NCBI GenBank assembly: GCA_964016885.1
Contig: OZ024741.1
Span: forward strand, 76,818,001 to 76,882,000
Source of the DNA: Eledone cirrhosa
Lineage: Eukaryota
Length of the DNA stretch: 64,000 bases
Direction of reading: 5' to 3'
Shown piece after piece: positions 35,567 to 50,258 of this stretch; position 1 is the first letter of the stretch, and each line of letters begins with the position of its first letter. Both the position numbers and the translations under genes were made by a program. Under the pieces are notes generated by a model. It was not told the DNA's origin, searched no databases, and saw only the letters and a program-made list of their open reading frames with translations.

Positions 35567-35841
35567 CCCTCTTCTTGCTATTTCAAGTGTTAACCTAATA
35601 TATTCCTTCCATATACTGTACCTATTGTGTTGTTATTTCTGTTTACCTTTAACATATATATATATGCATTTTATATTATGTAAAACTCATAGCAAATTGA
35701 CATATACTTTCCTAGATACTTGGAATTTCCCAAAGCAAGTTAGCCATGTGTTTTACATAATATAACATTTATGTTCATGTATTGAGGGCTCATTCTTTAG
35801 TGATTACAACCCCACACTCAGGCAGCTATATAATCATATAT

Positions 35842-36070
35842 ATATTTATTAAAATAACAGATTAAAGTTTAAGCAAAGAATCGCTGCTTTCACCCTTAAC
35901 GGTATCTTCTGAAGATCCTGTTAAGGGTGAAAGCAGCGATTCTTTGCTTAAACTTTAATCTGTTATTTTAATAAATATTTTAATAAATATTTGCTCTAGG
36001 GTTCTTATATATTTGATATATATTTATCCTTATCGAGCCTTCTTTGGATTTTAGTCTTCACATTTATTAT
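35842..36070 (+). repeat. Perfect 59-bp-arm inverted repeat plus a ~90-nt tail, with a hammerhead-like core
   Basis: 35842-35900 is the reverse complement of 35920-35978. CTGAAGA-TCCTGTTAAGGGT-GAAA spans the spacer and right arm. Confidence 0.82.
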
Positions 36071-36097
36071 TATTACTATACATATCATATATATATA

Positions 36098-36285
36098 CAT
36101 AGTGAGGCAAAAGTCGCACACCATAGGGGTTAATTAATTAATGATGTTTTAAATTTTCATGTGTAATTATCATATGGGGGGTATTTTTCTACATATTGTT
36201 TACTCTATGTAATTGGTCAATATAACATTTATCATTGTCTTATCAATAAGTTATCCCTATGGTGCACGACTTGTGCCTCACCCTT
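36098..36285. mobile_element. Tc1/mariner-like MITE
   Basis: TIRs GTGAGGCAAAAGTCGCACACCATAGGG / CCCTATGGTGCACGACTTGTGCCTCAC with TA flanks. Confidence 0.8.
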
Positions 36286-36310
36286 TATATATATATATAT
36301 ATATATATAT

Positions 36311-36349
<39 letters not shown>

Positions 36350-36914
36350 GTTTAACGTCTATTTTCCACAATATATATATACTAGCAATATATATATACT
36401 AATTCAAAATCTGAGCACACATGACATGGACAGACAATGGAAAAAACAAAGACACATCCCTTTATTCTAGATGACTGCTGGAGACTGTCACAATCATGGT
36501 ACATTGAAGACAGTATTGCTTTCTCTAGTGCCACAGGGTTACAATACAAGACAAAACAACAAAATATAGAGTGAGTCTTTTCGAATGAATATATATATAT
36601 ACTTGACAGCTACCAGTGGATGAAAGCTGCAGTAGAGGTAGACTGAGAAAGATCCGGGCAGAGGTTGTGAGAGCTGACCTCAAATCACTGAAACTTACAG
36701 AGGGGATGATGAAGAAACATAGTGAGTGGAGAGATGTTGTGCTGAAAAGACACATCCAACCCATGCAAGCGTGGAAAAACAGATGTAAAACATGATGATG
36801 ATTATGCGATTGACACTTATGACAGTAAAACTCCAGAGAAAAATTGTGAATTTCTATGGTATAAATTTCTGGAAAGTACAAACCAGGTCTGTGTCTGGAG
36901 CAAGATCCCAGTAA

Positions 36915-38900
36915 GAAGGAGGGTGATGTGGTGGTGGAATGATAAAGTAGATAGAGCCATAAAAACAAAAAGGTATAACTGGAGTGTCGAAGGAAAGAGA
37001 GAGACAGAGAGCAGTACAAAATACCTAAGAGAGGCCAGGTATCATGTATACCTTGTAAGGGGAGAAACAGAAAAGAAAAAGTTTGCACATGTCCTGCATC
37101 ATAAAGATCACACGTGTGAAGTGTTCTGGATAGCAAGTCAGTATGCTAGAGAAAATCATGAAGTAGTTGGGGAAAAGTGTGTCTGAAATGATAGTGGAGC
37201 ATTTGCCCTGTCTGATGCCAAAAAGAAAGAAGCATGGATGACTTACTATGAGAGGTTGCTGAAAGAAGGGAATAAAGAGGACAGCAAGAGTCTAACCTAT
37301 GTAGGCCCAACCAAGAGACCAGCCATAACATTTGACAGCAGTATGATAAAGCAATTAAAGACATGAAGGTAGGGAAGGCAGCTGGACTATCTGGTATAGT
37401 TGCTGAAATGCTAAAAACATCAAGAATGGTAGGTTATGAGCTAGTGAGCTGCATAGTTAATCAAGTAATACAGGAAGGGGCCATAACCAATGATTGGCAC
37501 AATAGTACCATAGTAAATTACGACAAGGGCAAATGAGACACCCTAGAGAAAGATAACTACAGAGGCATCAAGTTGATGGATAAGGTCATAAAAGTTGCTG
37601 AAAGGGTTATAGCACAATTAATTAGGGATAGAGTTAAGTTAGATGAGATGCTTTATGCTAGGCAGGGCTACTATCAATGCCCTCTTTTCAGTGAGACAAC
37701 TACAGGAGAGTTACTTAGTTAAGAGTAAGCCACCATATCAAGCAATAGTAGTTCTGGAGAAGGCTTTTGACAGGGTCTCATGCTCTATAATTTGGTGGGC
37801 ACTCAGGAAGGAAGTGTCAACAAATGGCTTGTGAGGGTCATGCAAACTATGTATAAAGGTGCAACCAGCAGAATGAGAGTTATTATTGAGTGCCGTGATG
37901 AATTTCAAGGACTCAGTCCTCAGTCCACTTCTGTTTATCATTGTCCTTCAGGCCATTGCTAAGGAGTTTAAAACTGACAACACTTTATGGGAACTCATGT
38001 ATGCTGGTGACCTAGTCCTAATAGCTGAATTCATAAGAGAGTTAGAGACAAAGTTTCAAGCATGGAAGAACCTAAAGTTGAGAAATCTAAAAGTACACTT
38101 AACAAAGACAAAGGTGTTAATAAGTACAAAAGAAGAAATGAAGCTGATACCATTGGGAAAAGGACCCTGTTCCATATGTCAAAAAGGGATGGGTGGAAAG
38201 TCTATAAGATTCACAATGTAATCTATGGAGTAGGATTGCAGGTAGGCTAATGGAAAATATAAACTTTGTATGATGCATAAGAGAAGTAAGCACTAAGATT
38301 ACACGGGAAATTGTAACCCTCAGTTGTCATGGAGGCTCCTTATAAATTGTTGACAGATTTTGTTACCTAGGTGATCTAATCAAAGGAGGCTCTGAAAGTA
38401 TGATAACCAGGATAAGAACAGGCTGAAAGAAATTTAGAGAGCTGGTAACTCTCCTGACAACAAATGGCTTCTCACTCAGAGTGAAGTGTAGACTATGATG
38501 CCTGTGTGCAAATTGCAATGCTACATAGCAGTGAAACATAAACCTTGACTGCAGAAGACCTGAAAACGCTAGAAAGAAATGAAGCAAGTATGCTCTGGTG
38601 GATGTGTAATGTTAGTGTGCATGATTGATATAGCAAAGTGAACTGAGAGAAAAACTCAGCATAAGAGGAATTGGCTGTAGTGTGTTGGTATGGACATGGA
38701 TGTGTACGGACGATGGCAGCTATACAAAAGAAAAATATGCAGAGATATCCCAGTGACTTGACTGGGACTTATGGAAGAGGCAGGCTCAGGAAGACTTGGG
38801 ATGAGTTAGTGAAGACCTTAAGAAACTAAACCTCACAACTTAGATGATAAAAGATTGAGTGGATTGGTGCAATGTCGTGCTAGTGAAAACCTGGCCACCC
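36915..38900 (+). mobile_element. Old, heavily mutated RTE LINE (linker, RT, C-terminus); 3' tail remnant near 39850-40070
   Basis: MWWWNDKVDRAIK, VVGEKCV, LEKAFDRV, SVLSPLLFIIVLQ, LMYAGD, KGPCSIC, GRGRLRKTWDE. Confidence 0.88.
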
Positions 38901-40090
38901 ATGTGCAATGTCTGACTCATGCCCATGTCCCCAAAACGTCCACTAGCACTTACTAGTAGTTATCCTCCCCATCACTGCAAACGCCCACTCGATCTATGCT
39001 CCCTCCAGAATCACTCCTTAGCTACACACACACACACACACAATTTTCTTTATACAGATAATGGATAGTCTTTCTTTCTATTTATTTAACATAGACATTG
39101 GTCATAGCACCATCTCATTCCTAATTAGTTGTCAAGCACTCTCAATAATAACTTTGTGAAGTTCTTGCATGTCTAGCTACCACACGCATGCACACACACA
39201 CACACAAACACAAACACACACACACAAGCACAATCAATCCTCATCATCATTTTCTCCATGAAATGTAGCTCTTATCCACAACTCTCCCCATCACATTTCT
39301 CTGTTACTATACATCACTAGCTCTCTTCCACTATGATACACTCCTTTAGTTCAATTCTCAACCCACAAGCAGTATCTAACTATTATCCCCCCCCCCCCCC
39401 CTACAATCCTACTAGTTTGTCCCCCACCCTATTTAAATTCATATTGATATTCTCAGCTTCTCCCCAATAAGACTCTTAGCTGCCATTCACTACTCCCACC
39501 CTCACCTTCCCCACCTTTCTGTTATCCATCACTAGCTCCCTTATTCCTTAACCCACCTTCCTCCTGCCAACTAGCATGTAAGTACCATTGTTTTTCTCTC
39601 TCTTTTAACATTCTACTCCCACCCGCACTGCAACACACATTCTATCTTCACTTTAATTCCTGCCCATCACCCCACTTCAAATTACATTCTAGGATTTTTT
39701 TTGTTTTTTTTTTGCTATGTTAGGGCTAAGTAACCCCTCCAGCACAATAATAAGCACCTACTACAATCTGTAAAGTGATTGATGATTGTGGACAATGTAG
39801 AGTAAAGAGAGTCTTCCAGACATGTTGAGAAGAAGTCAACCTCTCTGGTGTGGTTGCCATGATAAACTGCATCCAATATACTCTCTTAAGTGGTTTGTAT
39901 GATAAAGGGCACCCAGCCATAGAAACTGCTAAAAAATTGGAATGTATGAATGACACATGGTCCTCTGATTCATATATGAAAGCATTAGCTTCAAATAAGA
40001 ACTGATTCAGACTATAACAAAGTATCTAACCCATGCCAGCATGAAAAACAGACATAGAAAGATGATGAGGACATCTATCTATCTCACACC

Positions 40091-40145
<55 letters not shown>

Positions 40146-40364
40146 CAGCATCAGTTGAACGGGAGAAGTGTATCAGGGATGTGAAAAGAAAGGGGTTGGA
40201 ACGAGGGGAACAAGTATGCAAGTTGGACAATGATGAAGTGTGGTCTAAAATTGAATACTTAGCTTGTGAGGTGGATATTAAGATTGGGAAGTGTGTGTTT
40301 GAGGGAGAGGGAAGATTGGTGCAAGCTAGTGTCTTCAATATGTTTGTTTCATTTTATTTTGTGC

Positions 40365-42725
40365 ACATGGGAAGGCAGGTCATCTGCATAATGCTAGAAA
40401 TCTCAATCCAGTGTCATCCCCTTTGAGAGGTTTAATTATGTGAGGTCAGCTTTTATCACTTCATCCCAAGCTTTTCTAGGTCTTCCTCTTCCATAGTTTC
40501 TGTCAACTTTGAGCGCTCTGCAGCTTTTTATACAGCTTTTGTCCACCATATGCATCACATGTTCATAACACCGCAAACTCCTCTCATACACACTGCATCT
40601 GACCCCTCTTATGCCCAGTTTCTCTTTCAGTTCATTGATGCTTTGCCGTTCATGTACACTACTATTACACAACCATTGGAGCATGTAAGCTTCATTTCTT
40701 TCCAATCTTCAGAGGTCTTCTGCATATATTGTCCAAATCTCATGTCCATGTAGCATTGCTGTTCATACACAAGCTTCATACAATCTGCCTTTTTGTAGCT
40801 AGCAGCAGTATTAGCTCCCTGAACGTTTTCCATCCTGTTATCACTCTGGTTACTGTACTTTCAGAACACCCACTTCCACTGCTAATTTGGTCACCCAAGT
40901 AACAGAAGCTATCAACTACTTCTATGGAACCCTTTGGGCATTTGATAGAGCTTATTTCATGTGAGATTTTGCTGCTGACTGCTCCTATGCATCAACAACA
41001 TACAAAGCCTACGTTCTTTGCCAGCCTACCTGAAATCCCACAACATTTCTTGTGTACCCATAGTTTGCATTTAGAACATAGAATGGAATTTCTACCCACA
41101 CTTTTCCTGCACAGTGAGCACAGCTATTTCCCAGAAGGGATCAGGGCCCTGTTTCTTTTCTAATTACTAGGACTTTATTCTTTGCCAAGAGCTTTTGATT
41201 TCAAGTTTTGCTTCTGTGTCTGGAATTTCTTTTGTAACTCTGCCAATGACTCAGCTATGAGGACTAGACCATTCGCATATAGAAGTTCCTATGGACAGCC
41301 AGCTTTTAATTCTTCCATTATAGCCTGGAGGATAATAATATACAAGAGAGGTCTAAGAACAGTGCCCTTGTGGAACCCCACTTGTACACTAAATTTATCA
41401 CTACACCTTGCTGACCGCTCCTCTGTACATGGCTTGTACTGCCATCTCAAGCCAGCCGTCTACCCCTAGTTTCATAAGAGCCCACCAGAATATGGAGTAG
41501 AGAACTCTGTCAAATGCTTTCTCCAGGTCAACAAATGCCAAGTAAAGTGGCTTATGTTTAGCTTGGTACTTCTGCAGAAGGAAGAGGATATCAGTGGTAC
41601 TTTTACACTGCACAAATCCAAACTGCATCTCATCTAAGTTAATTCAGTTCCAAATCAGCTGTGTGATAACTCTTTCTGTAACTTTCATGACTGGGTCCAT
41701 CAATTTGATGCCTCTATAGTTTCCTCTGTCTATTGCATCTCCTTTGCCATTGTCGCAGTTGACAATGATGTTGCTGTGCCAGTCATTGGGTATAACACCA
41801 TTCTATATTGTTTTATGATACAGGTGGTTAAGATATGTCCCACCATTCCAAATGCTATCAGCATCTTAGCAACTATTGTCGATGGTCCAGCTGATTTGCC
41901 TGTTTCATATCCATAATTGCGTTACTACACTGCTACTGACTTATATGGCTGTCCCTCAGTTGGGTCCACTCGAGGCAGGCTATCTTCCTCACATACATTC
42001 TTTTCATTCAGGACTCTTTTGTAATGGCACAATTTTGGTGAGGGTAAGTACACACTTATCCAACATCCTGATATTCTCTGACTCACTGCCTTACAATCCT
42101 TAACACCTCACATCTTTGGCCCTCATGTCACAAAACATGCATAATTTTTTTATTTTCTGCTTGCCCCCTTGCAAAGAATCCTTGTCTCCTAGCTTCCAGG
42201 TAGTGCACCATGCTTTCCCCATTCTTCCCTTTTTTCCATGTCTGTCTCTTGGCCTTAATTGTATCATCCATCCTATTATTCCACTACCAGGTCACTTTCC
42301 TTATCCCTGGAACCCTGTTCCAGCCACAGATCTCGTCTATGGCCTTCAGCAGATTATCTCTCAGGAACTCCCATTGTTCTTCTAAACTGAAAGTCTGTAC
42401 TTTTTCTGCCTTACCGCTAAAAGTGTTAAGCAAGATACCTCTAAATTTGTTATTGGCAGAGGGCTCCGTCAACTTCTATATTATTCTCTTCCAAGTTGCC
42501 CTCTGTCTCCAAGTTCATCTAACCCTAACTTTATAGTCGCTAACTATTAGGTTATGTCAGGTGGTACATTCCTCACCAGGGAGGGATTTTGTGTTTACAA
42601 CTATCACTCTATCTCTTCTTCCAGCAAGCATAAATTCTATTTGGCTGATGTATTCACCTGATCTATTAGTGAAAAGGTTGGCTGGTTTTCTGAAGTTTGT
42701 GTCAGAGATATTAAGATCTGTTACA
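40365..42725 (-). mobile_element. Old RTE LINE (end of APE through C-terminus), degenerate
   Basis: SQIEFMLAGRRD, MQFGF, AFVDLEKAFDRV, CSLCRKSVGRNSILCSKCKLWVHKKC, GRPRKAWDEV. Confidence 0.9.
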
Positions 42726-43914
42726 GGTAGATACATATATACACACACACCTTTAAAACCTTCACTTGGCTTATTATTATTTATTTTTTGTATTCATATT
42801 TCTATTGTTATTGTCATGTAAAGGGTCATTTTACAGAAGATATTAACTGTTAGTGACTCAACTTTACCCACACACATATATACACACTACTGGCCAGAAC
42901 ACTGAAAACTTTTAACATTTAATGGGATCCTGAATACTGAAGGTTGAATATTTAAACTCTACTTTCATCCCCACCACCCCAATTACACAAACATATAGAA
43001 GGGATGTATATATTTATTTACCATACCACATTAACTGTTATTACGTTATTACAGCTTAGTGAGAGTTATTTTTTCCTCTCTGCAAGATGTGAATTTCAAT
43101 CATTTTTTACCTAAGAAGGGTATGCTGAAAAAAATGATTTTTAAATATATTTCTATGTATTTCTGCATTTATTTTTTACCTAAACACACACATATATATA
43201 TATGTATGTATATATATCATCATCAACCCTTTACATGGGCCTTCCCATGCTATCATGGGTTATACATACAAGATGTTTAAGGTTGGTTATCAAGCTTACA
43301 TGTAATGAATAACATATATGTGTGTGTGAATGTGCGTATGAGTGTATTTCTGAGAAATTACTACATTCGTTATTACAACACATACACTCACACTTTCTAA
43401 ATGTGTGTGTGTGTGTGCGCGCTCATTGGTCTGTTTAATTGTTCAGCATTGCTTCTCTGCTTTTGCCATCATCTCATGCAATCAAACAATTCCTGTACGT
43501 CTGTGTGTGATGTCGTGTGCGTGTGAAAGGTTGTGTATGTGTGTGAATGAATGTAAGTATATAACCTTATGTGAGAGAAAGAGAGAGAGTGAGAGAGAGA
43601 AACAGACAGACAGAGAGAGGCTGTCTGTGTGCGTGAGAAAAAGAGGTTGTGTAAGAGGCTGTTTGTGTATGAGTCTCTATATGTTAAGGACTGTGGACGA
43701 GAAAGAGAGGAGTTGTGTGTATGTGTGAGAGAGTCTGTCTGTGTTAAAGGCTGTGTGTGTGAGAGAGAGGAAGAGAAAGTCTATGTATGTAAACGTACAA
43801 ATACACCCACACTTAAACAACTTCTATGTAGTAAATTGTGATATATGTCATGATCGTGTGTGCATATAATTGCGTTAATGTTTGTGCACGCGCGTTTGTA
43901 TATACACACCTACC

Positions 43915-44705
43915 GACCAAGAGAGCCTCTATGTGGACTCTCGACCTGCCAGAAATAGAAGCCATCTCTCTTGCTCAGTCTCCTCTTGGATACACATAAG
44001 AAGTAGTGAGTTCACTCTATACTTAAAAAATGAAAGGACATATTAGCTAATATAATTCTACACCCCACCACCACCCAAAAAGTCATGGCTAGACTGTTAA
44101 TCGACAACTTACAGATCGTCAGTCGAGCTAGAAGTAACAGCCAAATATCCCTCAAGCCATTTCCTTATCTTAAACACATGAATGATGTCTGCTTAGCTAG
44201 GGCTTACCTGGAGCTAAACAACAATTTGGATAAACTTCTTTGAATATGTGTGTACACACCCACACGAACAACTTGTGTGCAGCCGACCCAACGGGGCAAG
44301 CCATCATGTAGTCGCTTAAACTGCAAGAAATGGCAGCAGAATTTCCGCCAAAGCATGCCCCATTTTCTCAGAAAACAACACAATGTGGTCTTAGTTTTTC
44401 TGTACATAGGGAAAATGATGAAGTGGATTCGGCTGGAATATCTTTGAATATATGTGCTTGATCAGTCTGGCCTGGGGTCAAAAGCAACAACTTGTATGCT
44501 GTTTGCACTGTTATTGTTTAACCTCAGGTTAGCTCTAAATCGAGTAGACCTATGGTCAAAAGCATTGCAGCCGTGACCATCCTATCAATTTAAAAGTATA
44601 TTGTATCCAGGATTACATTATATCCTGAATTGACATGTCTCCTATTTTTATGACAGTATGCTGTGATTTGAAGGTAATTTGGCTTCTATTTCTAGTATGT
44701 CGAAG
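43915..44705. repeat. Cluster of degenerate family X repeats in both orientations
   Basis: Repeated CGACCTGC.AGAAATAG.AGCCA and CCTGGGG..AAACAACAA motifs. The copy at about 44510-44705 is reversed. Confidence 0.65.
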
Positions 44706-44941
44706 AACCACACAGCGGCTCGTCGGTTTTTGTGGTGTGTGTAAATCATGATTGTATGTCTAGTCCTCTGCGTGAGTGAGAGAGAGTGTGTGCGTGTGTG
44801 TGTGTGTGCGCGCGCGTGCGTTCTGTGCATGTATATAGTCAGTCACTACCCACCCACTCACGGGCCAACTGTTGATATTTGCAATTATTTGTTGACACAA
44901 TTTCTGAGAATTGCATAGAAGTATATGTGTATGTGTGTGTG

Positions 44942-44976
<35 letters not shown>

Positions 44977-45554
44977 ACACATACATAAATAACCATGTAC
45001 ACATTTTACGTCTAATTTTTTGTTTCCATAATATGTTGAAGATATAAACATGTGTATGCATACATACAATACAAACACAAGTTTATGCACACGCACACAC
45101 ACATATGTAAGGCCTTCTCAAGAAGTGTTAAATCTCTTACCACCACCCAACGCCCATTCTAGTATATGCACTTTTTTCTAATCTCTCTCTCTACGTTGTT
45201 CAATTTTTAGTTTTCTAGCCCCTTTATCTTTATACCCTCTCTTTCGCCCTTTCTCTATCTATTCATCTTTCGATTTCTCTCAAATTTGTCTTCCTGTTTC
45301 GTCCCCCTTGAATACAATAACTGTTACTATATTATTCCATCTGCAGTTGGCCGATATAGATAGATAAAGAAATATATACAGACGTCTTCCTACATACATA
45401 GATACATGTATATTCTTTTTTTCTCTTTTACTGGTTTAAACCATCCCACTCTGGTCATACAAGTGCATTGCCACACACACACCACACATGTTTAAGCATA
45501 ATTACATCTTAAAGAAGATATCTCACATTCATTCACCTTTGGTGAATATATCCT

Positions 45555-46785
45555 TAACCAGGAAGTGTTGATGTCATCAGACGGTGTCCAACGTTCTTTG
45601 GGTGTTTCAACCCTTAACTGCAACACCTTCTTGTTAGTAAGTCAGCAATGGTGGCCAGATCAATGCCCATCTTCTGCTCCATAACCAAGAAGAGGCCCTT
45701 TCTGCTGCTTCCCCTATTCTGCGAGCTACTCACTTATCTCTTCTTGTCATTCCAATGACATTGACCATTCTCCATACTGATTGAACGAAGAATCCTCCAC
45801 AGCTCACATCAACTGGAAATAGCCATTCTAGCCATCCTTTCTCCCTCCACTCCTGCTCCCTTTTGCTCAAAAGTATGGCCACACTCTTCGCTGTGATTTC
45901 AGTCAGCATTATCTTTTTTGCCTTTTCAAGACCATAGAACCACATTTTGTCCCTGGAACACCTGGGAAAACTGCAATCTTTCTCCTTGATCAACCATCGT
46001 ATTCCACAATTAGACCATTTATAGCAGGCCACATATTGTTCTAACTATGGTAGATGGCTTCTCAACCTCTCTCACAAACCTGATTGCTGTTGTTTTCTTC
46101 TGTATTGTTTTTCTTGCAACTCTCTTGATCCAGAGTATTGACAAGAGCTATGAACACTTTGTTGTGGTGTGAGTGCTTTTTACATACTGATATAATGTAT
46201 GCCATAGGCCTCTCTTTCCACCAAGCTTACTTGATTCAACCTCCCTCATTCCTCACATGTGCAAATTTGTTGGAGTTAGAAGTGTCATACATTGCTCACA
46301 ACAGAAAGGAAATTTCTAATGGTTCCAACTCCATAGATCTGCCCAAGTGATCTTCCTCTTTGGGATCTTCTATTTGGTACAGACTCCCTGAGATGTTAGC
46401 TCCACAGCCCTTGATTTCTGTCCTTCCTCTTGAATAATAGCTCTCCTCTCCTTTTCGTTGGCCTCTCTTCATAGTTGGAAATGGGAAATTCAAGACCTCT
46501 TCCCATGCTTCCAGTAGCATCAGTATGCTTTCTGTTTGTGAGACAGAGGTGTAAGCTGCCCACTTGCACCCTGAGCTTGTAGTGACACCTGTATGTTTGA
46601 CTTCTGCATCCTGTGACTCCTTGAACATCATTGCTACTCTACACTTGGCCAGCTTGAATTCCTCCAACACAAATGACAGAGGAAATTGGAACTTTTCCTG
46701 GCTTTATGTACAGGACATCTTTAGTGAAGGTTGGAGGAATTCCAAACCACTATTGGAGGTATTTGTTCATCTTCCTCTCCTCTCC
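45555..46785 (-). mobile_element. Degenerate HERO/NeSL-like (restriction-like endonuclease) non-LTR retrotransposon 3' part
   Basis: LEEFKLAKCRV..SGCKWAA..SQTESIL, MELEPLEISFLL*AMYDT..TPTNLH, HNKV, KKIMLTEIT, WLFPVDVSCGGF. Confidence 0.75.
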
Positions 46786-46817
46786 ACTATACATATATAC
46801 ATACATACACACACATC

Positions 46818-46873
<56 letters not shown>

Positions 46874-46884
46874 TATACATATAG

Positions 46885-49520
46885 ATCATCATCGTAATCA
46901 GCTGTTTAACATCACTTTTTCTATACTTGCATGAGCTCGATGAGGCCAGACAGGTCAAGTGACCATATCTTGTACATATGATCCGTTTTGGGCCTGATTT
47001 TTCTATGGCTGGATGCCCTTCCTAATGCCAACCACCTTCAGAGTGTACTATGTGCTTTCTGTTAAGTCATTAGCACAATCATCCTACAGGATGGACTGGG
47101 TGCTTTTTGTCATGATACCAGAATATATCTTCACACAGCACACAAACTTATCTTAAAGAATGACAGGATCGTTAGAGCATCCTAGTGGCATTTAGTTACA
47201 GCCCTTTACGTTCAAATCTTCTTACGGTTAATTTTGTCTTTCATCCTTCTGGTGTTGAGAAAATATAGTACTAGTCAAGTGTTTCACTCAATATAATCGA
47301 CAGTTCTCTTCCACCATAAAAAGAAAGAAAACAAATTGCAGCCTTGTGCCTATCTGATGGAGTTATAGGGGCACTGTCCTGACACAGTAAGTATTGGACA
47401 TTTTAAACCTGGCAGAGTTCATCCCTCTTCAGGTTGAAACACTACTGATTTCTTCCAGATAAAGAGAAGGAGAGAAACATCCACCCCAATACTTGACTGG
47501 TGCTTTAGTTATCGACTGCAAAAGAATAAAAAATAAAGTTGATCTCAGTGGGATTTAAATTCATAACGCAATGATTCGGAACAAATACTGAGGGGTTTAT
47601 AATCCAATGTCTTAACAAATCATCGCCTTTATGCATATATTAAAAATCAATATTAATAATTTTATTTATCTTTTTTTTTTATTTTTTGCTAGCAGAAACG
47701 ATCAATCGTTTCCTTGGACTCTAGTTTTTTCCCCTCTTTCTGCTTAATGATCTGCTATCCCCCACTCTCCCTCTTTCTGCATATTTCCAATAGACATACA
47801 CTTTCTTCTTTCCTTTCTTCAAACACTGACACACACTATCACTCTATCACTGCCCTTCCTCTTTGTCTATTGTTTCCCTCACACACACTCTACTCTGCTG
47901 AGAGAGTTTTAAGCAAGAAATTTGATTTAAATTTGTATAGTCAGAGTTGAAGTGAGGGAATATTTGTTGTTCAAGCAAACCTATTACCAAAAGCATTCCA
48001 GATGTGTTCATCCCATGTCTACTTCATGCACAGTGAACTACATTATCAAATTTTTCAAAGATGTGTGTGTGTGATTTGAGAGTGATTTGGCTGTTATTTG
48101 TAGCAGGGCAAGCAATAGTATAGAGACTCCCTCATTGGCATGGATATGTCTTACTCTGTTGTAGAGATGCATAGGCAAATTGGCAGAATCATTAGAACAT
48201 CAGATAAAATGTGTTCAAATCCTGCTGAGATCAAGTTTGCTTTTCATCCTTTCAAATCAATAAAAAAAAAGTACCAATTTAATACTGGGGTTGATTCTTC
48301 CTCTATATCTCTTTCTTACTTCTTCTCTATCACCCTCTTTCTCTGGAAGAAAACAGCTGTGTTAAGACTTGACATTACAGGTTTAAAAGAAAAGTAGAAA
48401 TGCACTTGTTTCTCAATTTACCCATTAATTAGTGAAGGTGTTGTCTTAGTGATTAAGGTGTTGGACTTATGATCATAATATCATGGGTTCAACTACTGGA
48501 TTAGGTGGCATGTTATGTTTTTGAATAAAACACTTCATTTCACATTTCTCCAGTACACTCAGTTGAAAATGAGTACCAGCAGTAGCTGGGGGTTAACACT
48601 GCAATGGATTGGCATCCTGTCCACGAAGGAGTCTTGTACTCTCAATCACTTAACACTGATGAATAAGGAAACCAGGAATAAGCACCGACCTGATGAGCCT
48701 GATGGCATGGGACAGATTTTACCTTTTGTTTTTAATTATTCACATCTGTACTATTTTAGTTGTGACCATCAATACTTGATCATAGCCAGAAAGCAGGCAT
48801 ACTTCTTTAAGAAGACAACATATTGGCAGAAACATTAGAAGAAATCCTGATGAGGTCAACTTCGATTTTTATCCTTAGTAAGTGACCCCATGGAAATTCC
48901 ACAATTTAATTAAAGACAAGCACCAAATATTAAAGATCAATAGAACATTTTCAATGTTTTATACACAAATAATTATATACAGTACTTAATTACAACACAA
49001 CAAAATAAATTGAATAAATTTAACAAATGACTGAAACTACCAAAACAGAATATATTACTCATTTATAATTTGAGGATAAACAGTATTTTACATAAAATTC
49101 CTCTCTCTCTCTCTTGCCACCCCATTTCTTCAAAAACTTGTTACAGTGTGGAATTTGAAAAATAAATCTCAGAACCAGAACCACGCTCTCTCTCTCACAC
49201 ACATACACACACCATCCTTTTTCTAGAAATATATGAGATGGAAACAAATTTTCAGCATTCTTGTCACCACCACCAGCAATACACTCTTTCTCACACATAC
49301 TCTTACCATCCCCTTTCCAATGTGACAGACTTTTTACACCACAGACACACCAGCTTTAACATAAAAGTTTCTGATTTAGGCACATGACCAACAATTTTGG
49401 GAGGAGGTAAAAGTCGATTAAATCGACTCCAGTACATTACTGGTGCTTTATTTTATCGACCATGCAAGATTTGAACCGAGGCTAGCTTTGCCTTTCATCC
49501 TTATGGGGTCGATAGGCTTT
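46885..49520. mobile_element. Field of old SINE family 1/2, family X and RTE-tail fragments
   Basis: Degenerate TTTCATCC..GATAAAA.AAGTACC blocks (47225-47275, 48235-48290, 49430-49515), a tRNA-head SINE at 48435-48730, and an RTE tail on - at 46885-47110. Confidence 0.65.
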
Positions 49521-50009
49521 AATATAATATATGATAAAATACTAGTCAAGGGTGGTATACTTGTTAGTGCAATGGATAGGATGCCTTGGGTTTTTTCTGT
49601 CACTTTGCATTCTAAATTCAAATAGTTTAATCTGTTGCAAGCATTCAGAGCAGTTTCTAGCTTAGATACGTTCCTCCACCCCCTTTCCCACCAAAAGATT
49701 TCAGGCCCTTCTTTTCTGTCTAAGTGATAAAAATAAAGAAAACAAAACAAAATTGCCATTAATTTCAATATGTGGTCGGTGGATAGGTAATGAGAAAAGA
49801 AAAACAAACTGATACTGATGATATACCTGCAGTTCAGTCCCTCAGTGTATTGTATAAATGTTGATATATATCCAAGTATACCTACTTAGATAAATATACA
49901 CATATGTATCACAATAAGTGTTGCCATCTGTATGCATGTTCCGGAGAAATTCTGCATTAATCTATGAAGTTTCCTTTTTGCCATATTTAGAATTGTACAT
50001 ATACACATC

Positions 50010-50135
50010 ATACAGAGGCACTCAAATACAGAGGCACTCCAATAGAGGCACTCAAATACAGAGGCACTCCAATACAGGGGCACTCCAATACAGAGGCATT
50101 CCAATACAGAGGCACTCCAATACAGAGGCACTCCA
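50010..50135. repeat. 16-bp minisatellite (TACAGAGGCACTCCAA)n, about 8 units
   Basis: Direct tandem repeat with no spacers. Confidence 0.92.
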
Positions 50136-50258
50136 CTCAGGCATTTTCACTTCTTTTTTTTGTTGACACACATACTCAGTACATAATTCTGTTCCTCCTT
50201 CCCTATATATATTTAACTGTGTTCTAGTCTAGCCAATTTGCTATGTAAATATACTTCA

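Noticed and set aside
45565-45640. Hammerhead in the HERO-like 3' UTR (CTGATGA and GAAAC on the - strand)
   Set aside because: Stems I and II cannot be formed convincingly in this copy; a family consensus would be needed.
48685-48860. CTGATGA motifs at about 48690 and 48846 (also 52853)
   Set aside because: They lie within SINE or CR1 sequence and lack a correctly placed GAAA and stems.
50010-50135. CRISPR-like array
   Set aside because: The 16-bp units are contiguous with no unique spacers, there are no cas genes, and the context is eukaryotic.
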